Assembly (NCBI GenBank): GCA_017531625.1
Contig: JAFXKQ010000078.1
Coordinates: forward strand, 1 to 46,081
Origin: Clostridia bacterium
GTDB taxonomy: Bacteria; Bacillota; Clostridia; Oscillospirales; CAG-382
Reading direction: 5' to 3'
Length of the DNA: 46,081 nucleotides
Under the pieces are notes generated by a model. It saw nothing but the letters and a program-made list of their open reading frames with translations, was not told the DNA's origin and ran no database searches. Made by a program: the position numbers and the translations under genes. Position 1 is the stretch's first letter, and each line of letters opens with the position of its first letter. Positions 19,353 to 28,094 of this stretch are shown here, piece by piece.

Positions 19353-20707
19353 AATCCTGCCTTTTCCATAACCTTCCAAATGTAAGTTTTGTTGCTTGCT
19401 TTAAACAAAACGCTGTCCCCGGATTTAAGCTCCGCCTTCAAAGCCTCAGCCGCCGCATCCTTTTCGTCAGCGGCAAAAAGGGAAACCTTTTCGGGGTCAA
19501 ATCCGCATTTAACCGCCTCGTCGGCGATGAATGCGGCATCTCTGCCCACGCAGAAAAGCCTGTCGCAACGTCCCGCCGCCGCTGCGCCTACCATGCGGTG
19601 AAGCCTTTCGGCGTAGTCGCCAAGTTCCAGCATGTCTCCGAGAACTGCGTACCTTGTGCCTGCACTTTCGGAAAGCACTCCGAGCGCCGCCTTCATGGAC
19701 TCGGGTGAAGCGTTGTAACAGTCGGCAATGACCTTTACTCCGTCCTTTACGTAAATGCGTTGACGGTTTCCCTCGCTCTCAAAGCCTTCAAGAGCCTTAA
19801 CAGCGTCACAAAGCTCCACGCCGCAAGCCACTCCTGCGCAAATGCAGAGCAAAGCGTTCTGCACGTTGTGTGCACCGAAAGCCGGCAAAAAGCACTGCGC
19901 CTTCTCGCCCTTAACCACCGCCGTGAAGCGAGTGCCGTTTTCGAGTTCTTCCAAACCCTCAGCAAAGGCGTCGCAACCGCTGTCCGTAACAGAACAGTAC
20001 AGCGCATTTTCATAAGTCTTTTCTCTAAGCAAAGGTTCGTCGCCGTTTAGAATCATCGCTCCGCCCTCAAGCATACCAAGCCTTACGTCCGTCTTCTCGT
20101 CTCTTATGGCTTCCCTGCTTCCGAGAGCTACAATGTGGGAGTGCCCTATGTTTGTAACTATTGCGGCGGTTGGAACGGTTAGCTTTGAAAGCCGTTCAAT
20201 CTCGCCTCTTTCACTCATTCCCAGTTCAAGAACCGCCCACTCGTACTCGGGCGACATGTTGAGAATCGCCATGGGCATTCCCATCAGGCTGTTCTGATTT
20301 CCGGGACTTTTGTAGCAATTGTACGCCACGCTCATAACAAGATGCGCCATGTTTTTAACCGTGGTTTTTCCCACGCTTCCCGTCACCGCCAGAACTTTAA
20401 CCCCTGATAGCTTGTGCTGTCTGTGGTAAAGGGCTATGCGGTAGAGCGCCGCTTTTACGTTATCAACAAGAATGGCATTTGGACAGATGAAGTTTTCGTC
20501 GTCAATGATTGCACCGCCCGTTTTGCAAATGTCTGCGGCAAAGGCGTGGCCGTCAAATCTGTCCCCCTTGAATGCAACGAAAAAGCTCTTTTCGTCTCTG
20601 ATGTTTCTGCTGTCGCTGGTTATGTAATCAAATCTGCGTTCACCGTCGCTGCCCTCGCAAAGTTTACCTCCGCAAAGCAACGCCAGTTCCTTCAAGCTGT
20701 AATCCAT
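19349..20707 (-). CDS. murF: UDP-N-acetylmuramoyl-tripeptide--D-alanyl-D-alanine ligase
   Basis: Mur ligase P-loop VTGSVGKTT. The overall layout and N-terminal region (DSRNIRDEKSFFVAFKGDRFDGH) are typical of MurF. The ATG at 20707 has a GAGGA RBS. Confidence 0.88.
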   Translation of the reverse strand: MDYSLKELALLCGGKLCEGSDGERRFDYITSDSRNIRDEKSFFVAFKGDRFDGHAFAADICKTGGAIIDDENFICPNAILVDNVKAALYRIALYHRQHKLSGVKVLAVTGSVGKTTVKNMAHLVMSVAYNCYKSPGNQNSLMGMPMAILNMSPEYEWAVLELGMSERGEIERLSKLTVPTAAIVTNIGHSHIVALGSREAIRDEKTDVRLGMLEGGAMILNGDEPLLREKTYENALYCSVTDSGCDAFAEGLEELENGTRFTAVVKGEKAQCFLPAFGAHNVQNALLCICAGVACGVELCDAVKALEGFESEGNRQRIYVKDGVKVIADCYNASPESMKAALGVLSESAGTRYAVLGDMLELGDYAERLHRMVGAAAAGRCDRLFCVGRDAAFIADEAVKCGFDPEKVSLFAADEKDAAAEALKAELKSGDSVLFKASNKTYIWKVMEKAGL

Positions 20708-20728
20708 TCTCAAATTTCCTCTTCGTGT

Positions 20729-22960
20729 TTATCCGTCAATGTTCTCGTAGTACCTGAACTCAACTTCAACCACAGTACCCTCGGGCACCTCTGTTCCCGG
20801 CTCGACGGATTGTGAAACCGCAACGGGAGTTCCGTCTATGCTGGTGCTGTACGAACCTGCAACTAAGATGTTAAGCCCCTTGGACTCAAGCTTTGAGGTA
20901 GCGGCCGTGGGTGAGTACCCAATCAAATCGGGAACCGTGACCGTGTTTCCTGTGGACTCGCCCGTGTAAAGAATGACCTTGCCGCCCTCTGTAAGGGTAC
21001 TGCCAAACCTCGGCATCTGCTCTGTAACCGTGTCGCCGTCTCCGACTATCTCGCACTGGAGCTTCATGTTTTCAAGAGTCTTCTTAACCGTGTCCACTGA
21101 CATCTTTCTGTAGTCGGCAATTGTAACGCTGTCAAGAGTGCCGTCATCGTTCCTGGGAATCTGTAAGTAAGGCAAAACCTCGGTAAGAACGGAGGAAACA
21201 ACGGGTGCCGCCACAAGTCCGCCGTAGAAGTCCTGACCCGTGGGGTCGTCAACGATTACAAGGATGGCAACCTGAGGGTCCTCTGCGGGAGCGAAAGCCA
21301 CGCAGGAGCTGACGTAATGTCCGTCCTCCATGTCTCGCTTCTGGGAAGTACCCGTTTTAGCGGCGATGGAGTAACCCGCAACGGCCGCGTTCTTTGTAGA
21401 GCCCGTGTTGATTCCGCCAAGCAGAATCTTTGTTATCTGATCCGAAACCTCGGAAGAAACGACTTGACGGTCAGTTTCGTATTCAAAAGTCTTTACCACG
21501 TTACCTTCGTTGTCCGTAAGAGCCTTTGCGTAATGAGGAACCACGAGGTAGCCGCCGTTTGCCACGGTGGAAACCGCCCTGAGCTGTTGAATGGCGGTGA
21601 TTTTAAAGGTCTGACCGAAGGAATAAACCGCAAGCTCGACGTCCTTAAACTGGGTACCGCTCGTCACGTAGTAGTATGTGTCTGCCTCACCGGGCAGGTC
21701 AACGTTTGTTCTGGAAGTAAAACCAAACTGCTCAAAGTACTCCATAAAGACCTCTGCGCCCACCTTTAAGCCGAAGGAAACAAACGCAGGGTTGCAGGAA
21801 TTCTGGAGCGTTTCCGCAAAGGACTGCAAGCCGTGTCCCGAAGTCTTGTGGCAGTTAATCTCCTGTCCAAGAACAACGATTTCGCCCGTGCAGTTAAAGG
21901 AATCGTTGATGCTGTAAAGTCCTTCTTCGAGAGCCATGGCGGCGGTAACTATTTTAAACGTAGAGCCGGGCTCGTAGAGCTCGCTCACAATTTTGTTGTT
22001 CCACATTTGGTAGAGGAGAGAGCTTTTGAGCTTTGACGCATCCTCCGCAGACAGGTTATCTTTGAGAGCAACTTCGTAATCCTCGTTGAAGTAGCTCGTC
22101 AAGGTGTAAGGGTCATTCAGGTCAAAATCGGGATAAACCCCCGAAGCGTAGATTTCGCCCGTGTTAACGTCCATCACGATTCCGGCAACTCTGCTTTCGG
22201 GCAGGTTGTCATCGTAAGCCTTCTTCAAGTACTTTTCAAGAACGCTCTGAATGGTGTGGTCAAAGGTGGTAACCAAATTGTAACCGTCCTGCGCTTCGTT
22301 GTAGCTTTCGTACTTAAAGGGAAGCTCATCGCGGTTTCCGTCAAGAGCCTTGATAACTCTGCCGTCAACACCGCTAAGCTCCTCGTTGTATTCCGCTTCA
22401 AGCCCCAAAAGCCCTTGGTTATCCGCACCTACAAAACCGATGCAATGACAGGCGAGGTTGCTGAAGGGGTAATAACGCTTACTGCTCTCTTCAAGGTTGA
22501 TTTGCTGACTGAGTCCGTTGTCAAGGATAAACTGCCTGACCTCGTTTGCAACATCCTCTTCCACGTTCTTTTTAATAACCTGGTACTGGCTTTTGGACTT
22601 TGTGGTCTTTTCGATAATGCTCTGGTAATCCACGTCAAGAATCTCTGAAAGTCCACGTGCGATGAGCGCCGCTTGCGCCGTATCCTTAATCTTGGCAGGC
22701 GAAATAAACACGGTTTCAACCGTCATGCTCAAAGCCATCGCTCTGCCGTTACGGTCATAAATCGTACCGCGCTTTGCGGCGATTTTTATCTCTGTTGTGT
22801 ACTGTGCAAGAGCCTTGTTGCGGTACTCCTCGTAATTGACAAGCTGAAGGTCGGCAAGCCTCCCCACAAGCACGGCAAACATTAAAATGATGACCGCCAA
22901 AGCGAAGTATCCTCGACGGAAAGTCTCACGTCTGGATTTTTTTGCGGATTTTCCGTCCAT
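20729..22960 (-). CDS. class B penicillin-binding protein (FtsI/SpoVD/PBP2B type) with two C-terminal PASTA domains
   Basis: N-terminal TM and PBP dimerisation region. Transpeptidase motifs STFK (EPGSTFK), SxN (QNSCN) and KTG (AKTGTS). Two PASTA-like repeats in the last 130 aa or so. Confidence 0.9.
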   Translation of the reverse strand: MDGKSAKKSRRETFRRGYFALAVIILMFAVLVGRLADLQLVNYEEYRNKALAQYTTEIKIAAKRGTIYDRNGRAMALSMTVETVFISPAKIKDTAQAALIARGLSEILDVDYQSIIEKTTKSKSQYQVIKKNVEEDVANEVRQFILDNGLSQQINLEESSKRYYPFSNLACHCIGFVGADNQGLLGLEAEYNEELSGVDGRVIKALDGNRDELPFKYESYNEAQDGYNLVTTFDHTIQSVLEKYLKKAYDDNLPESRVAGIVMDVNTGEIYASGVYPDFDLNDPYTLTSYFNEDYEVALKDNLSAEDASKLKSSLLYQMWNNKIVSELYEPGSTFKIVTAAMALEEGLYSINDSFNCTGEIVVLGQEINCHKTSGHGLQSFAETLQNSCNPAFVSFGLKVGAEVFMEYFEQFGFTSRTNVDLPGEADTYYYVTSGTQFKDVELAVYSFGQTFKITAIQQLRAVSTVANGGYLVVPHYAKALTDNEGNVVKTFEYETDRQVVSSEVSDQITKILLGGINTGSTKNAAVAGYSIAAKTGTSQKRDMEDGHYVSSCVAFAPAEDPQVAILVIVDDPTGQDFYGGLVAAPVVSSVLTEVLPYLQIPRNDDGTLDSVTIADYRKMSVDTVKKTLENMKLQCEIVGDGDTVTEQMPRFGSTLTEGGKVILYTGESTGNTVTVPDLIGYSPTAATSKLESKGLNILVAGSYSTSIDGTPVAVSQSVEPGTEVPEGTVVEVEFRYYENIDG

Positions 22961-23087
22961 AAAATATCTCCCTCAATAAAAACCTAAAGGGTAAAGCGCT
23001 TTTTTAAAGCTTTTACCCTAAAAGTATATTCGTAAGCAAGTTTATATATAACACGCAAAGGATAAACAAAACTTAAAACCAAATCAC

Positions 23088-23654
23088 TCAGTTGCCAAAG
23101 AAGCTCCTAATGGTTTGACCCACGCCCGAAAGAAGAACGCCGATTCCGCTTTCCTTTCCGTCCTCGTAAGTGATTATGTCCGCCTTGTCCTCGGCCTTGA
23201 TGTCAACGTAGTAGGTTTCGAGTTCCTCAGCCTTAACCATGCCTAACTGATTCAAAGCGTACTCCTCAATGTAAACCAAATCGTCACGGCGTTCAAGTTT
23301 AACACGAAGCTTGTCCTCTTCGGTTTTAAGGTCCGTCATCTCGCTTTTCAAATCGGCAATCTGGCTGTTGTACTTATCAAGCTCAACGTAATTAAGCATC
23401 ATAAAAAGGAAAAGCAAGGTGAACGCCGCCGTAGTAAATACCATAGCAAAGGGGAACGGCTTTTTCTCCTCTTTTTTTCTGGTAGTCACTTTAAAGCTGC
23501 GGCTTGCAACGGGTCTCGTCCTGGAAACCCTTTGTTCACCGTTTTTCTGCAAGGAGGTGCCATTATTCGACACATTTTTCGGTTTTATAACATTATTCGA
23601 GCCGCCTGCCGCAGGTGCATAAGCGCGGCGTTGTTCGTTTGTTCTGTTTTCCAT
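23088..23654 (-). CDS. ftsL: FtsL-like cell division protein (bitopic, coiled coil)
   Basis: Lies between rsmH and the PBP. Basic N-terminus, a single TM (FAMVFTTAAFTLLFLFMMLNYV), then a coiled-coil segment. Start is uncertain between the ATG at 23654 and the TTG at 23672, and neither has a clear RBS. Confidence 0.7.
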   Translation of the reverse strand: MENRTNEQRRAYAPAAGGSNNVIKPKNVSNNGTSLQKNGEQRVSRTRPVASRSFKVTTRKKEEKKPFPFAMVFTTAAFTLLFLFMMLNYVELDKYNSQIADLKSEMTDLKTEEDKLRVKLERRDDLVYIEEYALNQLGMVKAEELETYYVDIKAEDKADIITYEDGKESGIGVLLSGVGQTIRSFFGN

Positions 23655-23727
23655 TTTTTGCAATCGCCGCAAGCCGCATTTCTGCGTTCAAGGCGTCCCT
23701 TTCTCAAATTTAGTAAATCAACGTTTT

Positions 23728-24654
23728 TTAAAGCTTCTCCGCTGCCCTCAGCTTAGCGCTGTGGGAACGGGAATTCTCCGCCAGCTCCTTCTCTGTGGGG
23801 AGCACGGGTTTTCTTGTAACAAGCTTAATCACAGGGATTTTACCGCACACGCAAACGGGAATGTCTCTCGGACAGTCACAGCCCTTTGCAAGCTTTGCAA
23901 AGCTCTGCTTAACGATGCGGTCCTCCAATGAATGAAAACTGATAACCGAAATGCGTCCGCCCTTTTTTAAACGCCTTACGGCACTTTCAATGGCGGTGGA
24001 AATTACTTCAAGCTCGCCGTTGACTTCGATTCTGACAGCCTGAAAAATCCGCTTGACGGAAGAAAGCTTGTCCGCCTTGCTTCCGTGCACCGCATTGCTG
24101 ACGATTTCAAAAAGTCTGCCCGTGGTGCTGATAGCTTCTTTTTCCCGTGCCTCAACAATGCGTTCGGCAATGCGACCTGAGTAACGCTCCTCGCCGTATT
24201 CGTAAAAAATCCTTTTAAGCTCCGAAACGCTGTAAGTATTCAAAACCTCTGATGCGTCCAGCTTCTGCCCCCTGTCCATTCTCATGTCGAGAGGTGCATC
24301 GGTGCTGTAAGAAAAACCCCGTTCCTCCGTATCAAGCTGATAAGAAGAAACGCCAAGGTCCATTATCACGCCGTCAATTTCTTCCACGCCAAGCTCATCA
24401 AGAATTTCTTCCAAGCGCCCGAAATTGCTGTGTACCGCAACAAATCGCCCGTCATTCACGGTAAGGCTTGCGTTTTCAATGGCATCGGCATCACGGTCGA
24501 TTCCAATGACCTTTCCGCCTTCCCCAAGACGTTGCAACAACCTCTTAGTATGCCCCGCCCCGCCAAGTGTGCAATCAACGTATACTCCGTCCTTCTTAAT
24601 GTCCAGCAAATCCAAGGACTCCTCGAGCATAACCGAATAATGTTTAAACTCCAT
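23728..24654 (-). CDS. rsmH: 16S rRNA (cytosine1402-N4)-methyltransferase
   Basis: HYSVMLEESL..YVDCTLGGAGHT...DLGVSSYQLD..RGFS are canonical RsmH/MraW motifs. ATG at 24654. Confidence 0.93.
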   Translation of the reverse strand: MEFKHYSVMLEESLDLLDIKKDGVYVDCTLGGAGHTKRLLQRLGEGGKVIGIDRDADAIENASLTVNDGRFVAVHSNFGRLEEILDELGVEEIDGVIMDLGVSSYQLDTEERGFSYSTDAPLDMRMDRGQKLDASEVLNTYSVSELKRIFYEYGEERYSGRIAERIVEAREKEAISTTGRLFEIVSNAVHGSKADKLSSVKRIFQAVRIEVNGELEVISTAIESAVRRLKKGGRISVISFHSLEDRIVKQSFAKLAKGCDCPRDIPVCVCGKIPVIKLVTRKPVLPTEKELAENSRSHSAKLRAAEKL

Positions 24655-24655
24655 G

Positions 24656-25087
24656 TTAGAAACCAAGCTTCAAAAGCTCTGCCGCAATGTCTTCGTTGTT
24701 CATGTTGCTTGACAGTTCCGCATCCCAAGCCGCCTCGTCCCAAAGCTCAAGGTGGCGGTTGTTACCGATGAGGCAAACGTTTTTTTCAAGCCCCGCAAAC
24801 TGACGGTAGTCAGGGGGAATGATTACTCTGCCCTGGGAATCCACGGTTGCCTCGAAAGCGCTGGAGAAGAAGTAACGTCTTATGTTCTTTTGTCCTACGA
24901 TGGTAAGCTCTTCAAGCTTCTCAACAAATTTCTGCCAAGACTCCATAGGATGGAGCATCAGACAACGGTCGAAACCCTTGCAGACCATGAAGGTCTGTCC
25001 AAGCTCCTCTCTCAGCTTAACGGGAACAAAGAGTCTGCCCTTTGCGTCAATGCTGTGTCTGTATTCGCCAACGAACAAAACTCTCAC
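24656..25087 (-). CDS. mraZ: transcriptional regulator MraZ
   Basis: Two SpoVT/AbrB-like halves, each with the DxxGR motif (SIDAKGRLFVP and TVDSQGRVIIP). First gene of the dcw cluster. GTG start. Confidence 0.9.
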   Translation of the reverse strand: MRVLFVGEYRHSIDAKGRLFVPVKLREELGQTFMVCKGFDRCLMLHPMESWQKFVEKLEELTIVGQKNIRRYFFSSAFEATVDSQGRVIIPPDYRQFAGLEKNVCLIGNNRHLELWDEAAWDAELSSNMNNEDIAAELLKLGF

Positions 25088-25133
25088 TCCCTTTCTGAAA
25101 AATCGGTAATTTTTGGCTGTTCAGTGGGTAAAA

Positions 25134-25163
25134 AATTCCAACAAGTTCCACTTTCTCCCACCG
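25134..25163 (-). promoter_or_regulatory. candidate MraZ operator: three direct repeats at 10-bp spacing
   Basis: Minus strand reads cGGTGGGagaaaGTGGAacttGTTGGAa, that is (G/T)TGG(G/A) three times with exact 10-nt register, immediately downstream of the -10. The middle copy reads AAAGTGG. Confidence 0.55.
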
Positions 25164-25173
25164 AAGTATTTTT

Positions 25174-25202
25174 ATTATAAATGACGGTTAGAGAAATTGC
25201 AA
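25174..25202 (-). promoter_or_regulatory. sigma-A type promoter of the mraZ/dcw cluster
   Basis: Minus strand reads TTGCAA (25202-25197), a 17-nt spacer, then TATAAT (25179-25174). Confidence 0.6.
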
Positions 25203-25359
25203 TACCTTTTTTCAAAAAAAGGAAAAAATTTTTGCATTATGTCAAGAGTAAATCAAAGCGAAAAAAGCTCAAAAAAGATAAAAAAAACGCTTCAACTGCC
25301 ATTTTATGCTTTTTGACGTAGAAAGAAGACTTTTTTTGGGTAATTTGCAATTATGTAAA

Positions 25360-25373
25360 CGAACATTTGTTCT
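25360..25373. promoter_or_regulatory. candidate LexA (Cheo/SOS) box
   Basis: CGAACATTTGTTCT compared with the Bacillus-type consensus CGAAC-N4-GTTCG. The GAAC-N4-GTTC palindromic core is intact. Confidence 0.5.
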
Positions 25374-25385
25374 GTGAACAACTCC

Positions 25386-25443
25386 GACAAAAACAGAAAG
25401 CACCCATGATAAACGAATTTCTCCGAATCATCATAAGTGCTTT
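25386..25443 (-). terminator. probable rho-independent terminator after cotF
   Basis: Imperfect long hairpin AAAGCAC..CATGAT...ATCAT..GTGCTTT (25397-25443), followed on the minus strand by CTGTTTTTG. Confidence 0.45.
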
Positions 25444-25559
25444 TGTTATCAAGCTCTGAACTGTTTTTTGCTCCTAAACCGCGCTATTGCTCCGCAACCG
25501 CGTTTTAGCTCCTGCACTAAGCCAAACCGCCGCTAAAGAACCCCTTAATCCGCCCTCAA

Positions 25560-26024
25560 TCAGCTGTACATGCCGTTCTGGTCCATAAAGCTGTAAATCT
25601 TTTCCCCGTGAGTCTGCTCTTCCTTCTGGAGATGGTTAAGCACGTTGCGCACCGCAGGGTCCTTAAACTCAAAAATCGAAACGTCGTAAACCGAAGAAAC
25701 GTACTTTTCCGTGGCAAGAGCGTCGCTGCAAACGAACTTGTCGTTTTCGTATTCGGGGGTGCCGTTGTTGTAAAAAGCCGACTTTGCCTCAATCTTAGAG
25801 CTGCCGGATTGACCTCCGCCGACCTGAGGCACCTGTCCGCCAAGAAGCTGGTTCACCGTCTGAAGATGCTCCTGTTCCTGCTGTTTAATGGCTCCCATAA
25901 GACTTTTAAGCTCGGTGCTGACGGCGTTGTTTTCGTACTTGGTGTACTTGTCCACGCAGAGCTGTTCGCTCTTCTTCAAGTCCTGAAGCAAACTTGTTTC
26001 TTTCTGTGTAAACGTGTTAGGCAT
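25560..26024 (-). CDS. cotF: spore coat protein F (CotF/Coat_F) family
   Basis: ETSLLQDLKKSEQLCVDKYTKY......ALATEKYVSSVYDVSIFEFKDPAVRNVLNHLQKEEQTHGEKIYSFM has the Coat_F-like ferritin-like pattern. I prefer the ATG at 26024 (AAGGGAGAG RBS); the 5' extension in the track to 26183 is unlikely. Confidence 0.8.
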   Translation of the reverse strand: MPNTFTQKETSLLQDLKKSEQLCVDKYTKYENNAVSTELKSLMGAIKQQEQEHLQTVNQLLGGQVPQVGGGQSGSSKIEAKSAFYNNGTPEYENDKFVCSDALATEKYVSSVYDVSIFEFKDPAVRNVLNHLQKEEQTHGEKIYSFMDQNGMYS

Positions 26025-26163
26025 GTTAGACTCTCCCTTTCGTATTAAGAATTTTACAATCCTATTATTTACCAAATCTTCCGCCTTATTCAAAATCACA
26101 AACTTAATTGAAGAAAGCAGAGAAAAACAAAAGCTAAACAAGCAAAACCCTCTGCAAATTCCC

Positions 26164-26192
26164 TTGACTTTCGACACGGGCAATGTTATACT
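26164..26192 (+). promoter_or_regulatory. sigma-A type promoter with extended -10 for the acyl-CoA synthetase gene
   Basis: TTGACT (26164-26169), a 17-nt spacer ending in TGt, then TATACT (26187-26192). Confidence 0.6.
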
Positions 26193-26271
26193 GTTTTAAG
26201 TGTGAAGTGTTGTACTGTGTCTAAATTGAATTTGCAACGCTTTCGCTAAGTAATGGAAGGGAATTAGTCTT

Positions 26272-27906
26272 ATGCCTATTACCGATTTTCTTGAAAAGAA
26301 TGCGAAGTTTTATCCAAACGATATCGCATTGGTCGAAATAAATCCGGAATTACAGCACAACCGCGCCCTCACTTGGCGCGAGTACAGCCTTATCGAGTCC
26401 GCACCGGGCGGAAAGTACCGCCGTGAAATCACATGGCGTGAGTTTGACACCAAGGCAAACCGTTTTGCAAACCTGCTTCTCAGCAGAGGCGTGAAAAAGG
26501 GTGATAAGGTTGCAATCCTCCTTATGAATTGCCTCGAGTGGTTACCCATCTATTTCGGCGTGTTAAAAGCGGGTGCGCTTGCCGTACCGATGAATTACCG
26601 CTACACCTCGGACGAGATTGATTACTGCCTCGACCTTTCCGACTCCACAACCCTTGTTTTCGGACCCGAATTTGTGGGAAGAATAGAGCAGATTTTTTCC
26701 AAACTCGGCAAACTTACCAACATTTTTTACGTAGGTGAAGATACACCTCCCTTTGCAGACAATTACGAAAGATACACCGCTTATTGCTCATCCATGGCAC
26801 CCGCTGTGCCCTTGGACGACAGCGACGATGCGGCAATCTACTTCTCTTCGGGCACTACGGGCTTCCCAAAGGCGATTCTCCATTCGCACCTCGCCCTCGT
26901 TTCCTCTTGCAAAACCGAGCAGAAACACCATAGCCAGACGAGAGATGACGTCTTCCTCTGCATCCCGCCCCTTTATCATACGGGCGCAAAGATGCATTGG
27001 TTCGGCAGTCTTCTCGCAGGCGGACGTTCCGTTCTGCTCAGAGGCGTTAAACCCGAATGGATTCTCCGTGCTGTTTCGGACGAAGCTGCTACAATCGTGT
27101 GGCTTCTTGTTCCGTGGGCGCAGGACATTCTTGACGGCATCGATGCAGGAGAAATCAATCTTTCCGACTACAAGCTTGACCAGTGGCGTCTTATGCACAT
27201 AGGTGCTCAGCCCGTCCCCCGCAGTCTTATCAAGCGTTGGAAAACGGTGTTTCCCAACCACGAATACGACACAAATTACGGCCTTTCCGAGTCAATCGGT
27301 CCCGGCTGTGTCCACCTGGGCGTTGAAAACATCCATAAGGTCGGCGCAATCGGAAAAGCCGGCTACCTTTGGGAAACAAAAATCGTTGACGAAAAAGGCG
27401 CTCCCGTTAAGCAGGGCGAAGTTGGCGAGCTTGCGGTCAAAGGTAACGGCGTAATGAAATGCTATTACAAAAACGAAAAGGCAACGAACGAGATACTTAA
27501 AGACGGCTGGCTCCACACAGGCGACATGGCAAAGGAAGACGAGGAAGGCTTCATCTACCTCGTTGACCGTAAGAAGGACGTCATCATAACAGGCGGAGAA
27601 AACATTTACCCCGTCCAGATTGAAGATTACCTGCGAGCTAACATGAAGATTAAGGACGTTGCGGTTATCGGGTTACCCGACGCAAGACTCGGAGAGATTG
27701 CGGCAGCGATAATCGAGCTTAAAAGTGGCGAAACCTGCACAGAGGAAGAAATCCTTGAATTTTGCAGAGAGTTGCCCCGTTATAAGCGTCCGAGGAAAGT
27801 GATTTTCGCCGAGGTGCCGAGAAATCCCACGGGTAAGATCGAAAAGCCCAAGCTTAGGGAGATCTACTGCGGAGCTAATCTGGTAGAAACCCAAATCGGT
27901 AAGTAA
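26272..27906 (+). CDS. AMP-binding acyl-CoA synthetase / fatty-acid--CoA ligase family enzyme
   Basis: Adenylate-forming motifs YFSSGTTGFPKAILHSH, NYGLSES, TGDMAKEDEEGFIYLVDRKKDVIITGGENIYP and PRNPTGKIEK. Confidence 0.9.
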   Translation: MPITDFLEKNAKFYPNDIALVEINPELQHNRALTWREYSLIESAPGGKYRREITWREFDTKANRFANLLLSRGVKKGDKVAILLMNCLEWLPIYFGVLKAGALAVPMNYRYTSDEIDYCLDLSDSTTLVFGPEFVGRIEQIFSKLGKLTNIFYVGEDTPPFADNYERYTAYCSSMAPAVPLDDSDDAAIYFSSGTTGFPKAILHSHLALVSSCKTEQKHHSQTRDDVFLCIPPLYHTGAKMHWFGSLLAGGRSVLLRGVKPEWILRAVSDEAATIVWLLVPWAQDILDGIDAGEINLSDYKLDQWRLMHIGAQPVPRSLIKRWKTVFPNHEYDTNYGLSESIGPGCVHLGVENIHKVGAIGKAGYLWETKIVDEKGAPVKQGEVGELAVKGNGVMKCYYKNEKATNEILKDGWLHTGDMAKEDEEGFIYLVDRKKDVIITGGENIYPVQIEDYLRANMKIKDVAVIGLPDARLGEIAAAIIELKSGETCTEEEILEFCRELPRYKRPRKVIFAEVPRNPTGKIEKPKLREIYCGANLVETQIGK

Positions 27907-27955
27907 CGGACTGTGAATTCAGCGCAGAACGGAAAAAGCAATTAAAAGAATAAAC

Positions 27956-28016
27956 AAAAATCCACCGTTGAGGCAGTTCCGCCAAGGAACTCACCCCAAA
28001 GGTGGATTTCTTTTAT
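27956..28016 (+). terminator. rho-independent terminator (nested hairpin)
   Basis: Outer stem AAAAATCCACC / GGTGGATTT, inner hairpin AGTTCC-gccaa-GGAACT, then CTTTTAT. Confidence 0.65.
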
Positions 28017-28094
28017 AAAAATGAAGAATACCGCTCCATGCGCCGTTTCCCCACAACTACCCCTTGTCCACAAAAGGCGTTGCTTGCTAGAAAT

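Noticed and set aside
25230-25307. Mini-ORFs in the cotF-mraZ intergenic region: a 25-aa Lys-rich plus-strand ORF, and a 21-aa hydrophobic minus-strand ORF downstream of the LexA box
   Set aside because: Neither has a credible ribosome-binding site, and both lie in A/T-rich sequence where such ORFs arise by chance. They are mentioned only as targets if an SOS-induced transcript is found.
25468-25515. About 2.5 copies of a 19-bp direct repeat (TTGCTCC-N-AACCGCG...) just downstream of cotF
   Set aside because: The repeat is real but short and degenerate, with no associated structure or gene. It is most simply local slippage in a 3' untranslated region.
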